Shown piece after piece: positions 19,401-29,700 of a stretch of 64,000 nt of DNA (within the stretch, counting starts at the first letter, position 1; the number at the start of each line of letters is the position of its first letter). Location: the IMG/VR virus record IMGVR_UViG_3300045988_048443; one strand, 5' to 3'. The DNA comes from a virus. The translations under genes were made by a program, and so were the position numbers. The notes beneath the pieces were generated by a model. The model searched no databases. It had not been told where the DNA came from and saw only the letters and a program-made list of their open reading frames with translations.

Positions 19401-22400
19401 GCTCTTCATCTTAGTAGTGGTCTTAATTATAAATTAGCTAATACAATTCAAGATAGCTTAATTCTTAGAACTAAGATTAAAGCTGCTAGAAATAAAGCTA
19501 ATGATGGAGAAGAAGAACCTGAAAGTGCTACAAATAGTACTACTACAAATGGTAATACTCCAGCTCCTACTCCTAATCCTGCTCCAGCTGCTAGTCTAAC
19601 TCCTGCTCTAGCTCCTGCTCCTAAAGGTGAACCAGAACAGTCAGGTACGCAAAATAATGCGTCAGAATCGCCTCAACATAAGCCGACGGATAATCAATCA
19701 GCACCACAACCCGAAAGCTCTCAGGCGCAAGGAAAGACGCAACAGGGCAATTCTCAAAAGGAAAAGGCTAAGCCAAAGTTCGATGCAAGCAAATCGCAAA
19801 ATTTGTCGTTTGATGATGATGGAAACGTTACTGATATAACTAGTACAGATACTGGTCGTTTTACCCTTGTACCTGGAGAAAATAACCAATATGAAGTTAT
19901 GCCTAATGATGGTAGACATGCTTGGCATGATGATAATCTTTTTGAGAATGCAGAACTTGCTAATGAAGATGATATTGAACTTGTTCATAACCCTTATATT
20001 ACGATTGATAATAATGGTAATGTTGTTGATTTTGAAAAAGGTTTGTTAGGTACAGAAGCTGATGTAGCAGCTTATGAAAAAGCTTTAGATGAACAAGCTA
20101 AACAAGAAGAAGAAAATACAGAAGAAGAGGAGAATAACACAACTACCACATCTTCTACGGGGGGACTTGAGGAAACAATAACTAATACTCCTGCCAGTGT
20201 TAAGGAAAATAATGAAGAAGCAACTACTCCTTCTACTGAGAATAAGAAAACTATTGCCAATCTTGATATGGACGAAAGAACAGATTTAAATATGGAACTT
20301 AGTCGTAATATCATGGGTGCTTTAATGGATGATAATGCCGATGTAGAAGAAGTAATTAGTAAACAAAAAGATTCTCTTATTTCTCAAGGATTTGATAGTG
20401 ACGAAGTTAATAAATATGTAGACGATTATGCAAATGAAGTTAAAGCTATGTTTGGTTCTTCTGTTGCAGATTTATATCTTCAAACTGTTGCTGTAGAAAC
20501 TCAAAAGCTTGATAATCTTACTAAAGATTTTACTAAAGCCGCTAATGAGTTTCTTAATCGTTATGCTAAGAATACAAAGATGGTTCAGCGTAATGGAAAA
20601 TACTATGGTAGACTTGAAGATATACTTAGATATATAGAACAAGAATCTAAATATACTGGTGCTCCTGAGATATTTTATAATTCTCTTAAAGATTATCTTA
20701 CTAGCGAAGCTGCTAAAGATAAATTTGTTTTAACTGATGTTGAAGAAATAGATAAAGCTGACTTTTTACGTAATGTGCATAAAAGTAGTTATGTTCGTAG
20801 TGTAGAACTTGGTGCTCAAAGTCTTATTACTACAGTTAAACTTGATTTATCTGAAGTAACTGATGAAGATGGTATTAAAGCTGCTCAACAAGAACTTAAA
20901 TTAGTCAATTCTAATGATGCTCTTGAAACTGAAATTAGTAAAAAGAATAATACTAATACTACTATTCTTCTTTATAAACATAATGGTGTTACTATAGGTT
21001 GGCAAGCTTTAGCTAGTATTGACAAAGGTACAGGTCTTTATGTTAGACCTGCTGACGATTGGATGCATACTATTGCTGGAGATAATAATACTCCTGATGG
21101 TCCAGTTAAGGAGTTTATTAAAGATATTCTCAGTAGAAATACTATTGATGAAATAGATTATTCTACTCTTGATGATATTATTTATAGAGCAGCTTTTGAT
21201 AAATTATCTAAAGATGAATATAAACAATTAGTTGCTGCCTTTGCTTCTCATAAAGGAATACAATATGCAGTTAATAATAATTATGTTAGAAATGCTGATA
21301 ATCCTAATTATGAGAAACTTCTTAACGGTCTTGCTAAACTTTGGAGATATTGTTATCAAGTAAAACCTACAAATGATGTAGCTACTGGAGAATATAATGA
21401 TATTCTTATTGACAGTATTGATACATATTACGACAAACTTAGAGAAGAAATTAATATTGCTACAAATGTAGCAAATGGAATTTATACTCCTAGAGTTAAT
21501 GTTCTCTCTAAAGGTGAAGTAATTCGTGCTCATAATAAAGAACTTACTCCTGATGGAAAAACTAGACCTTCTAAAGATGTAGCTCGTCCAGTAAAAGAAG
21601 TTCTTAGTAATAGTAGTGAAGCTTATATAGGTGCTACTTCTAACGGTTATGTAGCTGTTTCAGGATTAGGTACTCAAAAGTATACAGGTTATAATAGTGC
21701 TAGCGGACAAACATTCTTAGCTCTTCCTAATACTAATGGTACTATAGATTATGTTGCAGCATTTCCTAGAGTTTATATAGGAGATACTTATTATCGTAAT
21801 GGAGAAAAAGTTAATGCTCCTGAAAATAGAATACTTAATTCTTTAGTAAATTCTGTTACTGCTCAATTAGAAGATAGACTTGCTAATGTTAAGTCTCTTG
21901 ATGATTGGAATGAAGTTAAAGAATTTATTAATGATATATTTAATTTTAGGCGTAATGCTATCTTGTCTTTAGGTAATTCTATTGTTATTCAAAATAATGG
22001 TAATTTAGTTCTTAAAGCTAACGGTAACGAATATACATTCTTTGCTCGTAGCGCTAAAGACCCTAATGCTGCACCAAATGTAATCAAACGTAAAGATGGA
22101 AAGCTTTATAAGTTTGATGATGTATCTGATTTAATAGAAGATATTAAAGCTAGTGCTAAAATTAATATAAGTTCTAGTCTTCTTAACGGAGATAACAATA
22201 CTAATCTTCCTACTAAAAACAAGTTTATTAGTAGAGATAAAACAGGTTTTCATATTAATATTCCAGCATATAATGGAAAGAATGCTTTTGATATTAATAA
22301 TAGTACTTATAGTCAATTCCTTATTGATAACAATTTAGTTCGTGTTGATTTGGAACAAGAAAATAGTTCTAATTATCGAGCTGTTGGTGTTGATAAAATA

Positions 22401-23621
22401 GGTAGTAATCAAACTCTTCAAATTGATATATTCAATACTTCCGAAAGCCACCCCGTAGAAGATGTAGTAGAAGAAACTCCTACTGATACTCCACAAACTA
22501 TTGTACGTAATGCTATAAATAGTATTATTAATGACGATAATGTTGCTAATAAAGGTGAAGCTATTGCTGATTATATTTTTAGTGATAAATCTAAAGAATC
22601 TCTCAATAAAATAGTTAAACTTAAAAAATATAATGGAGTAACAGATACTATATTCCCTGAAAATATTATCTTTGATGATAATAAGATACAAGAATTTAGA
22701 CAAGCTGATGAAGCAAACAAAAATGCTTTAGCTTACTATGATTCAGAAAATGAAGAAATAGTTGTAGGTAATGATTGGTTAAGTAGAACTGTTGATGCTA
22801 ATACCGCTGGCGATGATGCAGTTCGTGTTCTTATTCATGAAAAACTACATAGTCAAATCAATAATAGTAGAAATCCTAAGCAATTTAGAGAAAAGCTTAG
22901 AACTATATATGATGATTTTGTTAAAGCTATTGATGCTGATTTAGCTAATCTTAATGATAGTACTTTCGATGAGATTAATGCTCGCTTTGATAATAAAGCT
23001 GCTAATATAGATGCTCTTCGTAGTTATCTTACTCACATTAAAGAATATCAGTTTGAAAAGTTTAATACAAGACCAGATACTCAACTTGAGGAGTTCATTG
23101 TAGAATCTCTTACTTCTAAAGGTCTTATGGATTATCTTAATTCTGTTAAAGTTGAAGGGGAACATAAAGGTAAAACTAGTAGTCTTTGGCAAAAGATTAT
23201 GGAGTTCATAAGTAGACTGTTTGGTATTGAAATTCGAGATGAATCTCTTAGAGCTAAAGAGTTTAATATTCTTGCTAATAAATTCAAAGAAAATAAGGTT
23301 GCTCCTAAGACTGAAGTTAAAGAAGAAACTAAAACTCCTGTTGAAGGTACTCTTGAATTTAAGGAAGATGAAACTAAACCTGAAGAAAAAGTTCCTGAAG
23401 AAGTTCCTGCTGATGATAATCTTTCAAATATTACAGAAGATAATGATGAGGTTAATGAAGATGACCTTGATGATTTACTTAATATGGGTAGTAGTGTTGA
23501 TGATAAAACTTTAAGCAGTTTTTCTTCGTTATACTCAGCAGTCCGGGCACTTCCAATGGACGAACAATCTCGTATGTTCGATATGGTTGAGCGTGGAGAG
23601 TTTTCTATATCTTGTCGATAG
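16443..23621 (+). CDS. Giant (2392 aa) multidomain virion/cargo protein with a zincin-like HExxH metallopeptidase motif
   Basis: HEKLH at 22836-22850, in the context VRVLIHEKLHSQ. There is a long Pro/Ala/Thr/Gln-rich disordered linker (about 19550-19810) and acidic linkers. The gene sits directly upstream of the RNAP gene, as multidomain cargo proteins do in crAss/N4-type phages. Confidence 0.55.
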   Translation: MNTENVFNNSGVIVSNPNYNPKTKNGRAQQPFFHTLDVSQDITSGAANEFAKNADNAFVMGDTHSYQRYGVTPNIITNLDKERAEAQSNFAKTFNSLGQALVSETILGTIKAVPDLFDAITNGIFQSDGDYQNPISNKLQEWQDYFRNEVAPIYSDPTRNDIYNGGLTNWGWWTSNAPSVMSSLTLLLPSTGIVKVIGYLGKLAKTSKLASMTRNGIKSIAGIDRAINSNKELNALQKGINKIIGSNGIVVGSDVESAASRFASIGGNALLQRTMENYQEAQGVYKDMYNEAYDNLNRMNAQQYQAFVNKNPELLQDTDTNDKEAVARRIAKKSADTDFLMNYSNIVFDVIQMYGLRNMWKGIRNSDAGSAAVSRAARLEKLKVGKTAEEFEKYYANIGKMKKAGWWIKDHAKAEKLVIAGELSEGIEESVNYISQMDGMNVGKLLLSEQDADHSPFDNRLQKYLKSGGLADSAFWGVLGGVVFHHLGSGFGRVRQTFEDRANKKEDKTTGEQGKASPFSISELGETKSRKADIAHWGKDTNLYIERMNKINDGKNPFDNDKNFTSPEESQAAKEAAENDFITTLALRAGHHGNLDYLKSFLQSEEVRKAMVEKGVVNEAESKQIQANNVAKVDAVLDAYTKELSGLIGIVQNRNHNKKEPDRVPIEYLQEIASANVVYNQKIANTKNKEQVADNLINTVLNEENIRRVIGQNYTGEQVKGAVRHALVTNMISDLYARKKDLIAKNRKTISDKVAIDNINRTINEYSDMLSNDELRLTTAVMLASERDEQGNLGRNSQDPLAKAYDDLFSGVDEKGVQLTDETIVRNFEKFAKENGLSKRLAEFDSSSNVLNQIQNANNTITRINNLVKEADKEKNSTGVKLSDLILKQAELELSRKYDQAQVVNNETDLAAELSYKQNTMNEARKKVVDTSYKYIDDLADKYKDEENGNIRAAVDAYFNDEQNNFDDATSFMTNKEREAFKESLDALHLSSGLNYKLANTIQDSLILRTKIKAARNKANDGEEEPESATNSTTTNGNTPAPTPNPAPAASLTPALAPAPKGEPEQSGTQNNASESPQHKPTDNQSAPQPESSQAQGKTQQGNSQKEKAKPKFDASKSQNLSFDDDGNVTDITSTDTGRFTLVPGENNQYEVMPNDGRHAWHDDNLFENAELANEDDIELVHNPYITIDNNGNVVDFEKGLLGTEADVAAYEKALDEQAKQEEENTEEEENNTTTTSSTGGLEETITNTPASVKENNEEATTPSTENKKTIANLDMDERTDLNMELSRNIMGALMDDNADVEEVISKQKDSLISQGFDSDEVNKYVDDYANEVKAMFGSSVADLYLQTVAVETQKLDNLTKDFTKAANEFLNRYAKNTKMVQRNGKYYGRLEDILRYIEQESKYTGAPEIFYNSLKDYLTSEAAKDKFVLTDVEEIDKADFLRNVHKSSYVRSVELGAQSLITTVKLDLSEVTDEDGIKAAQQELKLVNSNDALETEISKKNNTNTTILLYKHNGVTIGWQALASIDKGTGLYVRPADDWMHTIAGDNNTPDGPVKEFIKDILSRNTIDEIDYSTLDDIIYRAAFDKLSKDEYKQLVAAFASHKGIQYAVNNNYVRNADNPNYEKLLNGLAKLWRYCYQVKPTNDVATGEYNDILIDSIDTYYDKLREEINIATNVANGIYTPRVNVLSKGEVIRAHNKELTPDGKTRPSKDVARPVKEVLSNSSEAYIGATSNGYVAVSGLGTQKYTGYNSASGQTFLALPNTNGTIDYVAAFPRVYIGDTYYRNGEKVNAPENRILNSLVNSVTAQLEDRLANVKSLDDWNEVKEFINDIFNFRRNAILSLGNSIVIQNNGNLVLKANGNEYTFFARSAKDPNAAPNVIKRKDGKLYKFDDVSDLIEDIKASAKINISSSLLNGDNNTNLPTKNKFISRDKTGFHINIPAYNGKNAFDINNSTYSQFLIDNNLVRVDLEQENSSNYRAVGVDKIGSNQTLQIDIFNTSESHPVEDVVEETPTDTPQTIVRNAINSIINDDNVANKGEAIADYIFSDKSKESLNKIVKLKKYNGVTDTIFPENIIFDDNKIQEFRQADEANKNALAYYDSENEEIVVGNDWLSRTVDANTAGDDAVRVLIHEKLHSQINNSRNPKQFREKLRTIYDDFVKAIDADLANLNDSTFDEINARFDNKAANIDALRSYLTHIKEYQFEKFNTRPDTQLEEFIVESLTSKGLMDYLNSVKVEGEHKGKTSSLWQKIMEFISRLFGIEIRDESLRAKEFNILANKFKENKVAPKTEVKEETKTPVEGTLEFKEDETKPEEKVPEEVPADDNLSNITEDNDEVNEDDLDDLLNMGSSVDDKTLSSFSSLYSAVRALPMDEQSRMFDMVERGEFSISCR
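20146..20164 (-). repeat. GC-motif copy (reverse orientation, C6 variant) inside a CDS
   Basis: The reverse complement reads CCCCCCGTAGAAGATGTGG. It encodes S-S-T-G-G-L in an acidic linker. Confidence 0.85.
22447..22465 (+). repeat. GC-motif copy inside a CDS
   Basis: GCCACCCCGTAGAAGATGT, encoding S-H-P-V-E-D-V. Confidence 0.85.
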
Positions 23622-23645
23622 ATTATTCACAGAATAAATTTTATG

Positions 23646-23687
23646 GTTCTAGAGGAGAATTTAAAATCCTCTAGAACTTTATTGTTT
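23646..23687 (+). terminator. Rho-independent terminator between the 2392-aa and 4608-aa genes
   Basis: Perfect 11-bp stem: GTTCTAGAGGA (23646-23656) with TCCTCTAGAAC (23667-23677). The loop is 10 nt and is followed by TTTATTGTTT. Confidence 0.75.
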
Positions 23688-23704
23688 AATTAAATAATAT
23701 AATT

Positions 23705-26700
23705 ATGGCTAATTGTCCTATTACACCTAAAGATTTTTTAGGTACTGAGACTGGAACCCGTCTCAAAGAACTTTGTGGTAATGATGTAGTTAAGTTTAAT
23801 GCTATAACTACATTAGTTTATAATCCTGAATCCAAGACTGGATTTACTAAAGAATTTGATGATTACCGTTTAGGTAACGATGCTGCTCAAGAAGCTCTTG
23901 AATTTTATAATTCAAGACATTTTAGTGTTGGTGCTCAAACTACTAAATCTAAATTTAATGATATTGTTACTAGATTTGGTTATACTAGTACTACAGCTAA
24001 AGTTATGGCAAATAGAGTTACAGGTAACAATATACTTACTTTCTTTGCTAATGATGTAGTTAAAGGTAAATTTAATAAAGATAATAATAATGCTAATTTT
24101 TATGCTAATAGAGTTGTATCTTTTGGTGCAGTTCAAGTAGCTAAAAAGTACTTTGAAAATAAAGGTCAAAAGTTTACTAATAAAGAAATACTTGGTTTAG
24201 TTAATCAAATTCTTGGCTTTACTAGTGATGGTGATTTTGAAAAAACAGATGATGTTTTTGCTAATGCTAGTAGAGAAGATAAAAACTTTTATGCTATGGT
24301 TAAAGAAATGATTCTTAATAAAGTTTCTTTCTTTAATTCTATTTATGCTGGTGATAGTCGTTTAGGTATGCTTCGTTTTAAGTCTGATGAAGCTATTGAT
24401 GAAAAGGCAGATTTAGATAGTGAAATGGAATCTATTCTTAATGGAGATGAAAATGACGAACTTGCTGACTTCAATAAAGAATTTGATGTAGATGGTACTA
24501 CCGCTAGATGGGATGATAATAGTGGTATGGGAAGTAATTTTATGAAAGGTATTGATGAAGATATTCGTATGATACTTTTCACTATTCCTAAGCTTAATGA
24601 TATTAATAAAGTTGATGGTAGATATAATTATGATAGAAGTAATGAACTTGGTACTATTGATTTTATTGATGGTAAGAAAGTAACAGCTGCAATTATATCT
24701 AAAATAAGTAGAGATAATATTACTAGTTTTATTAACAGTATTAAGACTATTGCTGAACAGAATAAAGAGATGTCTGGTCTTATTAAACTTTATGAGGATT
24801 TAAAAACTAATAGAGATTTTGCTATTAGATTTAGAAGTCAATTTGTAAAGACTATTATGCCTAAGACTGAAACTAGAACTGAATCTGATGGTACAGTTAG
24901 AGCTGTACTTTCTAATAAAGAATCTAACAGAAGACAATCTCTTATATTTAGTTTTCAAAATAATGTAAAGCATACTACACTTAATGTTGACCCAAATGCT
25001 ATTGAAGTATTTCGTTCTGCTGTAGAAAGTGCTAAAAGAAGATATAAACTTTCTGCTAAAAATGAGATTAGACGTAATGCTGCATTTGCTGATATTGTTG
25101 CTAATTTAACTAAAGCTCTTAAAGCTTATTATCCTGATATGGACGTTAATGCTATAAGAAATTATCTTATTGGTAATAAAACTAATGGTCATGTTGATGT
25201 TGTTATTAACACTAGTAATCTTCTTGCTCATTTGAAAAATATTAGTGATGCTTCTATTAAAGCAAATGATAATCTTCGTGAAGAGCAAGAACATAAAAGA
25301 AAATGGAATAGAGAAGAACATGATGATAATGAAACTTACGTTCCATTACATAGCGAAATTATTCCTGCTACTGCCGTAGCTGCTGCTAACAGTTTTGCTG
25401 CTGATATAGAAGCTTATTCTACTGTTGCTCTTCAGTTTAATTCTAAGAATGTTCTTGGTAATCAAAGTTCTGATATTATTAATAGTTCTATGATTACTTA
25501 TCTTATGAATGCTATTAATGGTACTGAAATGTCTGTTGATGCTGAAGGTAAACTTTCTCCTGAAGCTCTTATTCAATATGGCAATGAAAAGTTCCGTGTT
25601 AATTCTAAAGAAAAGGGTAATCAATATAATCTTAGTAATATTCTTCTTGAGCAACGTGGTGTTGATGGAAAGATTAAAGTATTTGGTCTTTTCCGTAAAC
25701 TTGGAGATAAGTATGTTCCTACAGAATACGCTAAGGATTTGATTAATGTTAGTTTGTTTAATGGTGCTGGTAATCCTAATACTGGTCAGAATGTACTTTA
25801 TTCTGGTATGAGTAAGATGGATTATATTTATAGTGCTGTTGCTAATTTTGTAAATACTGAAGCTGATTATCTTTCTAAGAATGAATATGATATTGATTTT
25901 GCTAATTACTTCATGCGTGTTCCTTCTGATGCTCCTAAGAATTTTATTATTAGAGCTGCTAGATATAAAACTAAAGGAGGAAAGTATGGTAATCTTTTCA
26001 ATGTAGAAAATAGTAAAGAAGTTAGTCAAGCTATTGAAAATTATCTTGATACAGAAATTCCTAGTGAAACTCGTGCAGATAATGAAGTAAAAACTTCTAA
26101 GTTTGTTAATCTTACTACCAATAAAGAGTATAATCAAATGGTTCATGATTTGACTACTAAAACTATTGGTCGTAGAAAGATTATGCCTTTTAATATTCTT
26201 GAAGGTAAAAATCATAAATCAGGTTTTGAAATTACTGTTGGTTATAAGTATACAGATGATAGCGGTAAAGTAGACAAATATGAACTTCACGGAACTCTTG
26301 ATATAGATAGTAATGGAGCTTATTATATTACTGGCGCTAAGCCTGTTCTTATTTCTAGTATGAATGAGATTAAAGTTAGTGATAGATTTTCTCCTACTCT
26401 TTATCAATCTTTAGTATCTAAGATTAATCGTAGAGCTAATGTTACAGGTATGATTGGTAATACTAAAGTAAATAGAGTTATAAACACTAATCATCCTCTT
26501 TATATACAATATAGAAACATGTTTGTGCAAGAACTTACAGACATGGCTCATTCTATTAATCAATGGTTTGAAACTGATAATACTGGTAAAATTCTTCGTT
26601 GGCAAAAGAATGAAAATCCTGAACTTGCTGAGCAACCTAAGTTTAAAGGTGATTGGGGATTTGATGAAGAAAGTGCTAGAAGAGCTTATACTGTTTATGA

Positions 26701-29700
26701 AGTAGGTAAAGGTCATAAACATTTTGTAGAAATGAATCCTACTACTAAAGCTCTTACTTTTACTGGTAGACTATTTCATGATGATAGATTTGAACTTACT
26801 GATAAAGATGGTAATGTAGATAATAAAGCAGAGAAGTTATTAGAAAAGATGTTTCCTTCTCTTTACGGGGCGGATATAGATGGTTATATTCACTTTACTG
26901 CTAATGGTGATGAAGTTACTGTAAATCTTTCTAAAGAACAAGAAGATGAGATTGCTAATATGATTAGCGATTTTATTACTACTTATGTAAATCAACAAGT
27001 TGAAAAGTTTGATAATTTTAAGAGTATAGATGTTGCTAATATTATCAATGATGATAATGTTGCTGATTTTGTACTTAATTATAGACTTATGTGTGGTAAC
27101 TTTAATGACTTATTTGAAGGTGATACTAAGTTCTATAAAGATAATCAAACTCTTCTTAAACGTACTAAGGAAGACCAGGCTAGTGGAGTACCTTATGGCT
27201 TTGCTGATTATACTACTAATTATGCTAATGAAATGGTAGATGTAGCATTTAGTGAACTTAATACTAGTAGAGTTCAAGCTGAATTTGCTAGTTATAAAAA
27301 TCCTCTTAATGTTACACAACGTAATAAGTTTAGAGGTGTAACTATTAAGAATACTATTAGAACTTCTGAAGAATGTAAAGTTGCAACATTTGATAAAGAC
27401 GGTAAACAACTTTCTGAAGATGGTAGTCTTGTAAAAGACCTTGTAAAGAATGCTGGTCTTACTATTGACCAAGCTAGAACTTTAATAGGTGGTCCTATTC
27501 AATATGAAAATGGTAAACCTGTTATTAAGAATGGTGTTGTTCAAAGAAAAGGTGGTTATCAAGGTACTACTGTAAACGATGCTCAATCTTATATTACTTT
27601 TGAAGAATGGGTTCGTCGTATTGCTGGTAGAGGAAAGCTTAGTGAATATCTTCCTCTTATTAAGAAGATTCAGAATGATGAACCTCTTAGTTCTGGCGAT
27701 ATTGATACTTTTGTACAAGTACAAAAGAACTTCTATTATGACCATTATTTTGATAAGTATTCTAAGAGATTTGTACCTCGTCAAATTAAGAATGCCGAAT
27801 TTGTTCTTGTACCTAGATTTATAAAAGGTACTCAACTTGAACAAGTTTATAATCTTATGAAAGATAATGGTATCGACCAACTTAATACAGAAGAAACAAG
27901 TAAAGCCGGTAAAGCTAGAGTACTTGAAATTTTTGATAGTAAGACTGGAGAAGTAACACAGAAACATATTGATGATTTTAATGCACATGCTAAAGATTAT
28001 GTTGAAGAGTATGATTATAATCATCTTTATACTCAGCAAGAAACTCCTCAACACATGAATGCTGAAAATAAAGCTGGTATTCAAATTATGAAGAAGATTG
28101 TTGATAATATCCCAGTTAATAGTCGTCTTTATGAAAAGAAAGAAGAGTTCTTTAAACTTTATAGTACTAATATTAGAGATTCATTTAATAGTCTTGCTAG
28201 TGAACTTAATATTCCTAGAGACGCTAATGGTAATATTCTTTTTGAAGCAGATGGAACTATTAAGGGTATAGATTATCATACATTCTTTAATAAGTTGAAA
28301 GAAGAGTGTATGCGTTTAGGTCTTGATAGTAATATGATGGATTATGTAACTCTTGCTGAACAAGCTGTTAATCCTATTACTGGAAGACCTAATGCTAATA
28401 TGCCTATGATTCTTAGTAACGCTATTACTAAGCTTGAAAGTGTTAGTCAATCTGTATTCAATAGAGCTATTACTCGTCAAACTCTTCCTGGTTTCCATGC
28501 TGCTCAGATTACTAATGTTGGTTTTAAAGCAACTAAAGAGCAAATTAGTTATTCTAAAGAACTTCGTTATCATCCTGTAACTAAAGAACATCCAGAAGGT
28601 GAACGTTATGTTGAAATAATGCTTCCTGCTAGTAACTTTGGTTTTGCTAAGAATGCTGATGGTAGTTATAAAAAGAATAAAGAAGCCCTTCTTAAAGAAC
28701 TTCAAGCTGCACATCTTGATACTCTTATTGGTTATCGTATTCCAACTGAGGGTAAACAATCTGTTTGTGTAATGAAAGTAGTTGGTTTACTTGATGATGC
28801 TCAAGGTTCTACTATTGTTGTTCCTGATGATTGGGTTTCTCAAACTGGTTCTGACTTTGATATTGACTCTGTATATGGTATTCAATATAGTAGTTATGTA
28901 GATAAGCATGGTAATATTCGTAAGCAAAGTTATTCTGATGAACTTGATATTTACGATTATGCTAACTATGTAAATAGACATCTTGAGAAAGCTGATAAGA
29001 TTAAAGATAAGTCAGTTAGAGAAGCTTTTGAAAAACTTAATAAAGAAATAGATGAACAATTTGAAAAGTCTCGTAAAGAATTAGCTGAAGAAGAAACTCA
29101 AGCTTATGATGCTTTATCTGACGAAACTAAAGAGCTTGTAAAAGCTGCTCATAAGGATTTTGAATCTCAAGCTGTAAAGAATCCAGAAACTGGTAAACTT
29201 ACAAAGGATAGTTATCTTAAACAACTTCAATTTGTAGCTGATTATATTCGTACTAATAAAACTAATCTTGATGCTGCTGATGATAATTTCATTTCAGTAC
29301 ATGAAGATATGGTTGATTCTATTAGTAATGAATACATTGATAAAAAAGCTTTTAAATCTGATAAAGCTAAAGAGATTCTTCAAGCTAGAATTGACAAGTT
29401 TAATAAAGCTGCTAAAAATCTTGGTATTATGAGTTATAATGAATATTTAGCACAAAATGTAGAAGATGCTAATACTCGTAATGCTCGTAATAATCGTATT
29501 CTTGATGATATGATTGATATTCTCAAAGATAATATATCTCTTGAGGAGAACTTGTCGCGTTCTAATTTTGATGATATTATTAATGCACGTGATAAAGTAA
29601 TTAATCCTGTAGTTAAGAAAATACGTAATGCTAGAAGTTCTTATGATTTTCTCGACCAAGCTGATTATCAAGAAGATGTTATGAGTGGTGCTAAACTTAA

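Noticed and set aside
19627-19839. The 70-aa Arg/Lys-rich alternative-frame ORF, considered as an independent gene
   Set aside because: It has a GTG start and no RBS-like context. It lies exactly within a GC-rich linker, where off-frame stop codons are depleted for compositional reasons. It is mentioned only as a low-probability note in the corresponding finding.
9350-23621. GC-shifted patches considered as variable repeats of a diversity-generating retroelement
   Set aside because: The window contains no reverse transcriptase gene and no matching template repeat. The three patches also do not resemble each other.
25346-26215. 289-aa - strand ORF, together with many similar ORFs in the track (e.g. 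27482-28084, 29447-30166, 28316-28759, 18375-18836, 13528-13965), lying antisense to or out of frame with the giant + strand genes
   Set aside because: Their composition is extremely I/F/L/S/N/K/T-rich, as expected for the antisense or off-frame reading of AT-rich coding DNA. They are fully nested in long, clearly coding ORFs and have no independent motifs. The same reasoning applies to the + strand shadow ORFs inside the - strand genes (e.g. 42805-43281, 55767-56288, 46522-46875).
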